Origin: Eledone cirrhosa
Taxonomy: Eukaryota
Length of the DNA stretch: 64,000 nucleotides
Assembly: GCA_964016885.1 (NCBI GenBank)
Contig: OZ024741.1
Span: 320,788,001 to 320,852,000 of the forward strand
Reading direction: 5' to 3'
Shown here: one piece after another, positions 55,072 to 64,000 of the stretch
Numbering within the stretch: the stretch's first letter is position 1
How the letters are laid out: each line of letters opens with the position of its first letter
The notes under the pieces: model-generated
Database searches by the model: none
The model's input: only the letters and a program-made list of their open reading frames with translations
Told to the model about the DNA's origin: nothing
Position numbers and translations under genes: made by a program

Positions 55072-57567
55072 TAAGTGAGACATTCAAACATTACATTACA
55101 ATGAAACTTATGCTTATTCTTTTTAGTTTTTTTTTTTTGCCTATTTGTTTGTTTGTTTATTTATGTTCGTCTACAGCGTGATAGTGCCACATTAAAATCA
55201 CCGGGGGTGATGAAATCACCGGAGATGGTGAAATCACCGGTGGTTATGTAACCATACATTCACCAATCCTCGATAAGAGTGTTTAAATGTCGAACCTAAA
55301 CAGTTCGAATAACGGTGAAGTGGAGACTGGAATTTTATGTGACAGACTCTCACCCAGCAGGTGCTCTCTGTCTCAGCAGCAGGGACCTGGCTGTCAACCA
55401 AATACTGCTGGTGTCGGAGGAAGAAGAAGAAGAAGGAAAGGGACCAGAACCAACTGGACGAAAGAATTGAATAGAACTGTTATGCAATGTTACCTGAAGA
55501 GGAACCCCAAAGAGAAAGGCTATAGGAAACGGATGCATAACATCTGAAACGAGATTGGTCTATTTAAATTAGATGAACAAAAATTGGCCTGGCAGGCTCG
55601 GGTAATAAGAACTAATAATAAGCGAGCTGGAACTGGAGGAACTGAGCAGAGAGATTAGGTTGGAAATGGAGAGTGGCGTATGCCAGGCAAACGAGCCAGT
55701 GGGAAATGAAGGTGAAGAGGTTGAGAGAACGGAGGAACCATCCGAAGCAGACAATGATCTGAATGCTGAAATAAATAATACCTGGAACAAAGATACGGCC
55801 ATTGAGAAGATGTGGTTGATATCCTAAACTTAGTGGTAGATGAATTGAATAATCATAGTGGGAAACTATGAACCTAAGATTTGTAGACAAGAAAAAGTTA
55901 AAAGAAACAACAGCTGAGGTAAACAAAGTCATCCCATACCTTGAGGCGAGGAGCCTTCAGCAGTGAAACAATATCCTCAAAGCAACAGCAAATGCGGTGA
56001 GGAAATTACTTGGCATAAAATCGAGAGGAAACAACAAACAAAAAAGATCAGAACCTTGTAGAAGAAACGACTGAATGGTCAAATCAGGGAAATGAGAAAT
56101 GACATTGGAAAGCTTGAGTCACTACTGAATGGGACACTAAAAAATATAGACACTAAAAATAGACTGGAAATAAAGTACAAAACTAGGAGGAAAAAGCTAA
56201 ATATTATCATAGAGGAACTGAAGCAACGCATTGTAGCAAAGAGTACAAAAATTAGGCGATACGAGAGCAGAGTCAGTCAGTATAGACAGAACCGCATGTT
56301 TGACAACAACCAGAAGATGCTGTTTGTACAGCTTGAAGGGAAAGAAAGAGGCAACGACTTGATCCCTGAGGCGGAACAAACTAAGACATTCTGGAGAGGA
56401 ATATGGGAGCAGGATGTTAAACATAATGACCAGGCAGTGTGGATTGAGACAGTACAAAAGGATATTAGTGAACAGGCACACCAACAAACTGATTTGAGTA
56501 TCACAGTTGAAACTCTTAAAGGGCAGGCCAAAAAACTAACCAACTGGAAATCACCAGGCCCAGATAGTGTGCAGGGGTGTTGGATTAAAAATATAACATC
56601 CCTCCACCCGAAACTGACAACCATGTTCAATGACTGCTTGATGTCAGGTGAGGTACCAGAGTGGTTGACAAAAGATACCACAGTTCTGGTAATGAAAGAC
56701 CGAATCAAGGGTAATGATGTTACCAACTATAGACCTATCACATGTCTGTCCGTAATGTGGAAACTGTTGACAAGCATTATGTCTGAGGAAATCTACCATC
56801 ACCTCGACACAAACAACTTGTTACCGGACGAACAGAAAGGATGCCGAAAGAAGTCCCGTGGTACAAAGGACCAGTTACTTATTGATAAGATGGTAATGAG
56901 GAATTGCAAGAGGAGACACACTGGTCTTGCCATGGAATGGATAGACTACAAAAAGGCATTTGACATGATGCCTCATTCTTGGATCACCAAAAGCCTAGAG
57001 ATCTTCAAGGTGGCAGATAATATCAGACAGTTGTTGGGCAAAAGTATGAAGTCCTGGAAAACAGAGTTAACATCAGCTGGAGAATCCTTGGGAGGCGTGA
57101 AGATCAAGAGAGATATCTTCCAGGGAGATAGTCTGTCCCCTCTGTTGTTTGTCCTTGCCCTGATGCCCCTGACCATTATACTTCGAAAAGTGAGAGCAGG
57201 ATACAAGTTGGGAAAGGGAGATCTTACCATCAATCACCTTCTCTTCATGGACGATCTTAAGCTCTTCGGGAAGAGTGAGAAGGAGTTGGATGTGCTTGTT
57301 GACACTGTCCGTATTTTCAGCAGTGATATATGTATGCAATTTGGTATTAGTAAGTGTGAAGTCCTTGTGATGAAGAGGGGTAAATTGAGCAGAAGCAACG
57401 GAATCCAGGTACCAACAAGTGAGATGATAAAGGAAATTGACACTGAAGAAGGATACAAGTATTTGGGTGTTCTGGAGGCTGATGACATCAAGAACAAAAA
57501 AATGAAGGAATTGATAAGATCTAAATACATTCGGAAAGTAAGGAGCGTATTAAAATCACATCTGAAC

Positions 57568-57568
<1 letters not shown>
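55072..57568 (+). mobile_element. Dong/R4-type LINE 5' half (5' UTR, N-terminus, RT), inverted relative to its 3' half
   Basis: W.KELN..VM.CY N-terminus. RT motifs KSPGPD, NYRPITCL, EQKG, IDYKKAFD, IFQGDSLSP, LFMDDLKL, YKYLG. Ends at KSHLN, followed by (TTA)n. Confidence 0.92.
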
Positions 57569-57614
<46 letters not shown>

Positions 57615-57967
57615 GGGCGGTGGATTTGCAGTATCGGTAGAGAGAAGGACACCATGCTTTGAAGCATAGAGTTATGTCCCTTTATGATCTGAGTTCAAAC
57701 TGGGAGAGGACACTTGCCCTGGTGGTCAAGGTCACCGGCGCTTTTTGTAATGGGCTTTCTCCACGAATGTAGCTCGGAAGTATCCCCCGTATTGGGGAAT
57801 TTTTCATTGTTCTTTTTATTACAACCTCTGTTTTTTGTTTTGTTTTTACACCCAGAAATGCCCATTTGTACCGTCCTGTATTGTCCTGTACTGTCCTTAA
57901 TGTCTACTTTGTGTACATCCTTGTGGTTAATAAAGAAAGCATTATTATTATTATTATTATTATTATT
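57615..57967 (+). mobile_element. SINE tRNA head (57615-57699) fused to Tx1-type LINE 3' UTR (57701-57942) with (TTA)n tail
   Basis: The head matches 13891-13977 and the tail matches ~62617-62843. Confidence 0.8.
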
Positions 57968-60900
57968 GGCGACCTACGTAGTAAATCGTATCATCGTGAG
58001 CTCCGCAAAGGTTTGTTATTTTCAGTTATTTAAAATTGCCATTTATGGAAAATTTTTATTGTTAACTGTATATAAGTGCACATATATTGATTTCTGAAAA
58101 GGACACTCAAAAATATCGGGGCCTTGAGCCCAAAATTTAAACTTTTTATAATTATCAAACAAAAATTTTTTCTTTGAAAAATAATGGATGACTCAGATTC
58201 ACTCCTTCCTCACAATCCAACACCTCACACCGACACCACCATTATAAATATTTCTACGTTTGCCAACACTGGAATTGTAAGCAGTAGCAATATTTTAAAT
58301 TTGTCTCAGGCAGACGTTCATTTCCCGCCATTACCAATGACTACAGGTGTTAAAGCCGCCACCGCGACAACCACCACCCCCACCACTTCACAGCGACAGC
58401 AGAAACAAAAGAAAAAAATAAATTAACTCATGATATCGAAATGAATTCAACCAAAATGAACTCTTCCACACCGAACAGCACTGACGCCACCACCACCACA
58501 ACTGAAACTAAAATTAACAATAGCAAAAATAACGATAATAACAACATCAACAATGAAATTAAGAAAACTACCCTGAGTTTTGCCAGAGTAGCAAAAACGT
58601 GCGAAGCGATCCAGGTAACTCAGGAAGAATTAGACGAAGCCAAAGGAATGGTAAAGAAAGATGGGTACAGAGTCAGCCTCACTTAGCAAACAAGAAAGTT
58701 AAGACAGATATGCCACCATCCACACCAGCATCACCAACCCCATCACCACAAACACCAACACCATCAACATCATTAACCCCAACACCACCATCACCAACAC
58801 CACAAAAATCACCAAAAAGCGTAACAGAAACAAACCCACAACAAACGCAAATAAAACAAAACAACCAAAACGATACACACTACACAGCATCAAATTTGAA
58901 CAACAAGCAATTATTACACTACATGCAACACAACACCAGCATCACAGAAAAAGACTACACAACAACCTAAAAGTTCACACCACCTCCACACATACAAATC
59001 ACTCGCATCACACAGAAAACGTACACGACACTAAAACAAAAATTCCCCAAAGACATTGGAGACTTCCGACAAACACTCTCCAGGAGGATTTATAAAGACA
59101 TCCTTCCGGAGGAGGCCACAAGCTGTGAAGAGAATGGACACACCATCCTTCCTCTACGAGAAGTAAGGTAAGTGGTCTTTCCCATCTTTTCCACTCCATT
59201 TCAACATGACCTCATTCACAATAGGCAGCATAAATGCGCGTGGCTTGGGATCGTCATGGAAGCAGGGCCACCTGCTCAACGATCTCAGGTCACTAAACAT
59301 AGATGTAGTGGCCATCAGCGAGACCAGAATCTCCGAAGCACGGGCCTACGCACCGATCTTCGGCGGCTACGATGTGTACGCATCTCCCAGCCGTCCAGGA
59401 TCGGGGGGAGGAGTTGCTGTGCTTTTTCGGAGAGGTTTGGATCTCGCCATACGGGCCATCTTCCTGGAACCAGAGGGTAAGTTGGTGGTGCTAGACGTGA
59501 CCAGAGGAGACGGGCAAGCTTTCAGGCTAGTGGCCGTCTATGCCCTGACAGGAGTAAGGCGGCCTGATTTCTACCGGCGTCTGGAGACCTTTTTTGGAAC
59601 GTCCCGCTCTTTAGTGTTAGTGGGCAACTGGAACGGGATCTTAGATGCACGCTGGGACTGTGTGGGATTAGCGGATAGGGGAGGAGGGTGCAAGAGCCTC
59701 ACCAACCTGCTCAGGCATTTTGAACTGTCTGACAGGTACCGATTGGATTTCCCGAATGTGCCAATGTGGACTTGGACAAATCGCATAGGGTCATCCAGAT
59801 CATATCTAGATAGAGTATTTTGTAGGGAAATAGATAGGTCTAGCATAGGCTGTCCACAATTCAAGATAGTCAGCTACACGGACCACAAATTCGTGATCTG
59901 TGTGCTTGACTTAGATAGGCTTCATAGACGAGGGCCCGGCTACTGGAAGCTAAACGCGTCCTTACCAGCGCGCAAGGCCTACAGAGACTGGATTAGTGAA
60001 CTAGTTAAGCGGGCGTTGACGGGGGCCATCGTCAACAACAAGTGGTGGTTTGCTCTGAAAAGAGCGATTAGAATAGAGTCCATTAGGTTTAGTAAGGCTT
60101 TAGCAATAGAGAAAAATAGAGCAGAGGGAGAACTAGAGTTAGAAAATTAGACGAGGCGCTTAGCAAAGGCATCGCGACCGACGTACTTGCGGCGAAATTG
60201 GCCCTTGACCAATTCTTCAATGCAAAGCACGAAGGCTGCGTTGTCAGAGCTAGGGTGCGTGCTCTCAGACACGAGGGGACGAAAGCCGTTCAATGGGCCC
60301 GAGTGGCGGAGGCGCGTCATGGCAACAAAGCCACGATCCGGTCTTTGGTGGACCACGACGGGCGCATGCTACTCGATCCCGGGAAAATGTGTGAAGCTTT
60401 TCAGCGACACTTCGCTCAGCTGTTCGGGGGGCAGCGGTGGGCCGGGTCGAGGGATGGACTTTAGTGTCTACCTCGACGGACTGCCGCGGCTCTCGGCCAC
60501 TGAGGCGGAGTGTTGCGAAAAGCCGATAACAGCCGCTGAAGTACGGGAGGCAATGACTGGCTGCACAAGGGGTAAATCGCCTGGTTTGGATGGTCTGCCC
60601 TATGAAATTTACGTACAGATGCCAGACTTGTTCGGAGGCCTCTTGGCGGACGTCTACTGCAACTGGGAACAGAAGGGAGAATACCCAGCACTGTGAGCCG
60701 AGGAGCGGTGGCACTGCTGAGAAAAGATCCGAACAAGGGGGATAACATAGATAATTTCAGGCCCTTAACTCTGCTAAACACCGAGTTCAAGATTTTGGCC
60801 GAGGTGCTAGCAACGAGGTTGGCGCTTATCGTTGGTGGGCTGAGGAGAGAGGCGCAGACATGCGCCATTCCCGACAGATCCATCCACGACAACCTCCACC

Positions 60901-62841
60901 TCATGCGATACATCGTAGAGAGGGTAGCTAGGGAACCTGACACAGGTGGATCTTTGATCAATTTAGATCAGTCGAAAGCTTTCAATAGGGTCGACCATCG
61001 TTACCTAGCGGCAATCCTGAGGGCGGCTGGCTTTGGGCCCGTCTTCAGAGGCTGCATCGCTGCCATGCACAGCGACATCTGCTCTGTGGTGAGAGTGACG
61101 GTCACCTTTCGGATCCGTTCAACATCATTCGCTCGGTCCGCCAAGGATGTCCCCTCTCGTCCCTCTTGTACGTATTGACTCTCGAGCCATTATTGCACAA
61201 ACTGGAGACGTTGAGGGGCGTCCCGCGCGAACTAGGATGCGGAAGATCCGTGTCAGCATATGCGGACGATGTCACCGTAGTGGTGTCGAACGCCAAACAC
61301 ATCGAGGCGATCGGCACTACACTAAGAGAATACGAAGCGGTGACAGGAGCAATGATCAACCAGGAAAAGTCAGTGGGCCTGCAGCTCGGCACCTGGAGAG
61401 GCAGGTCCATGCCGTCCAACAGCGGTTAAATTGCTAGGGGTCTGGTTCGGTCCGGACCTCCAGACGGACAAAAACTGAGACGAGGTGACGAGCAGGGTGG
61501 CTTCTCTCACCCAGAAATGGGCCGAGAGGAAGCTATCCCTGAAAGGTCGAGCAGAGGTGGCTAACGCGTACATCGCGTCTGTCATCTGCTACCGCCTGAC
61601 CGTCATACCTTTTCCTAAGCCCCGCCTGACTGCTCTGGGACGTTTGCTCTTTCGCTTTTTGTGGAAGGGACGCACTCCGATGGTCAGGCGGTCCATCTGT
61701 TGTCAACACCCGCTACGTGGAGGGCTGGGCATGCCGTGGCTGATGATGCGCAGACACGCGCTCAGGCTACGACATCTCCACCTCTTCCTCGACGGTGATC
61801 AGGTGTGGTCGCGGTTTGCTAGACACGTTTTTCCCCAGCTCGTCTCCTTGACGGAGCTGCAGTCCTGGGTCAAACGAAGACCGAGAGGGAGCGCTTGGAG
61901 ACTGGAATGTCTTCAGGCGCTCACAGCTCTCGACCAATCGAGCAATGTGATCGGTGGAAACTCCACCTTGGCGTTCTATAGGGGATTAGTGGAGGGTAAG
62001 AGCGACGACGTACTTGGAGAAACTCTAGGCGTCGACGAAAATCAACTAGCCAATCTCTTCGGAAGGACTTTCGGGCTGGGGCCTATGGACAACTTCCAGA
62101 AATCCCTGGCCTGGCAGTGCTACCGGGGTGCTTTGCCAGTTCAGGATAAACTCTACAGGCATGGAGGTGCCGTCAGCCGGGCATGTCCGAGATGCGCACA
62201 GGGCGACGAAACCGTCCTGCACGCACTCGTCCAGTGTCCGAGCATTGCTGACTTGTGGGTTTATGTCGAACACCTGCTGTCACGTGTAGGACGGATCCAG
62301 CTATCAGCTTAGTCCATCGTGAGGATTGCCCCGCCCTCTTCCTTTAGCCGGGAAGGGCAGGCAGTTTTTATCTGTCTGGTGGCCATGGCGAAAGAGATAG
62401 TATGGTGGACACGTTTGAAAGGGCTGAAGACGAGCACTTACCTCTTCGGTGATGCACTGATTAACTTTTTCAAATTTCATTTGAAAAGGAAAATCAGGGT
62501 AGAGAGGGAAGTGCTCTCTTCCCAGCATTTTGTTGAAAGATGGGTGAGAGAAGCAAGTATGGCCCGAATGAATGGGCCTTCTCTGAGTATGTGTCTGTAA
62601 ATTAAAGGTGGAAAAGTGGGAGAGGGCACTTGCCCTGGTGGTCAGGGTAACTGTGGTCTTTTAATGGGCTTTCTCCACAAATGTCCCTCGGAAGTCTCCC
62701 CCCTATTGGGGAATTTTTCTTTGTTATTTTATTACATCCTCTGTTTTTTACACGCAGAAATGCCCATTTGTACCGTCCTGTATTGTCCTGCACTCTCCTT
62801 AATGTCTACTTTATGTAAACCCTTGTGGTTAATAAAGAAAA

Positions 62842-62887
<46 letters not shown>
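57968..62887 (+). mobile_element. Tx1/L1-clade LINE, frameshifted
   Basis: ORF1-like remnant, APE (SINARGL, SETR, LDR, TDH, GYWKLN), RT (KSPGLDG, FRPLTLLN, DQSKAF, RQGCP, AYADD), C-terminal CPRC..ET..H...C, AATAAA and (TTA)n. Confidence 0.9.
59206..62600 (+). pseudogene. Tx1-type ORF2 (APE-RT-zinc finger) pseudogene
   Basis: Consecutive ORF fragments in shifting frames. Confidence 0.9.
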
Positions 62888-63157
62888 GGTTTTGTTTCTG
62901 GTGAAGCTGTCATTGTAAGAAGAAGAAGGTGGGGTACAGCAACAATAGCATGAGGGTGAGAGAACAAAAAACAAAGAGATAGAGAGGGAGAGTGAGAGAT
63001 CAAATCGTATGATTTATTATGCCATCTGCTGTAAGGCTTAAATGGATGGCGGGGGGTGTTAAATTCATTTGGAGACGTGGTTTGATTAATGATGACTAAC
63101 TTCTAATTTTTTTCTTCTTCATAAAAACAAAAACCTATACTAGAATAAGTTATTTGT

Positions 63158-63229
<72 letters not shown>

Positions 63230-63780
63230 GTGTGAGTATGTATGTGTGTGTGAATGTATGTGTGTGTTGAGGTAGTTGAAAGAACGAGTGAAATGAAACA
63301 ACCCGGTAAATAGGATATTGTAGATATTTCGGGTTCAACACATATTTCTATGCTTAATACGTGGGCATTTTTCTAAATAGATAATCTTATCAATAGGGAA
63401 TTGAGAAATTCTTTAAATTGCCGGATAAAATTATTGTTGAATTCTTTCTTTCTTTATTTGTGCATCCTGATTGCAACTCCTATCAAAGTCCACTTTGTCT
63501 TGTATGTTCTGAGGCGATTCTTATGTGTTCTTCCCTTCTCCCTACTTCTTTCTCTTTCTCTCTCTCCCGATTCTCAGAATAGGATGTAGCAGACATGACA
63601 GTGTCGTATAAAACCAAGAATATAAAATACACGCAGGACGGCAACAAGAAACCATTCTTGAATTCTCTCACGAAATCTCCTTGACAACAAACACGGCACC
63701 TTTCAAAAGAAATCATCAGGAAAACATTTCCTGGTGATTTCTTTTGAATGAAACAGTAGAAGCCATTTATATATTAAATG

Positions 63781-63838
<58 letters not shown>

Positions 63839-63842
<4 letters not shown>

Positions 63843-64000
63843 ATAATAATAAATTTGAAGACTAAAATCGAAAGAGGGCTCGATAAGGATAAATATATAT
63901 CAAATATATACGAACCGTAGAGCAAATATTTATTAAAATAACAGATTAAAGTTTAAGCAAAGAATCGCTGCTTTCACCCTTAACGGGATCTTCTGAAACT
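63839..64000 (-). mobile_element. Family C copy running off the window end
   Basis: Near-identical to 27389-27550. Confidence 0.85.

Overview
AT-rich, microsatellite-dense eukaryotic DNA with no confidently identifiable host gene. The SINE types and repeat landscape suggest an invertebrate, probably an octopod cephalopod (inference). Most six-frame ORFs are (TA)n/(CA)n/(GGT)n artefacts. Recognisable elements are: an internally deleted mariner; a hAT MITE; Helitron derivatives; two tRNA-derived SINE families; a decayed near-full-length Penelope-like element (PLE; RT + C-terminal GIY-YIG, 36.2-39.4 kb); a 2.3-kb head-to-head PLE palindrome (48.5-50.9 kb); a Dong/R4-type REL LINE with an inverted 5' half; and a Tx1/L1-type LINE. 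The most notable pattern is about ten unrelated short non-coding families sitting inside (TA)n tracts, mostly as palindromes or partial tandems. Most fold by eye into type I hammerhead ribozymes, several with non-canonical cores (U3-A8 covariation, U4A, U4C), which points to a retrozyme/non-autonomous PLE ecosystem. The TA arrays flanking the large PLE palindrome also carry 12 copies of a CCGA/TCGG word that matches the element's own 3' region, suggestive of reiterative (telomerase-like or fold-back) synthesis. All folds and family assignments were made by eye and coordinates may be off by a few bases.
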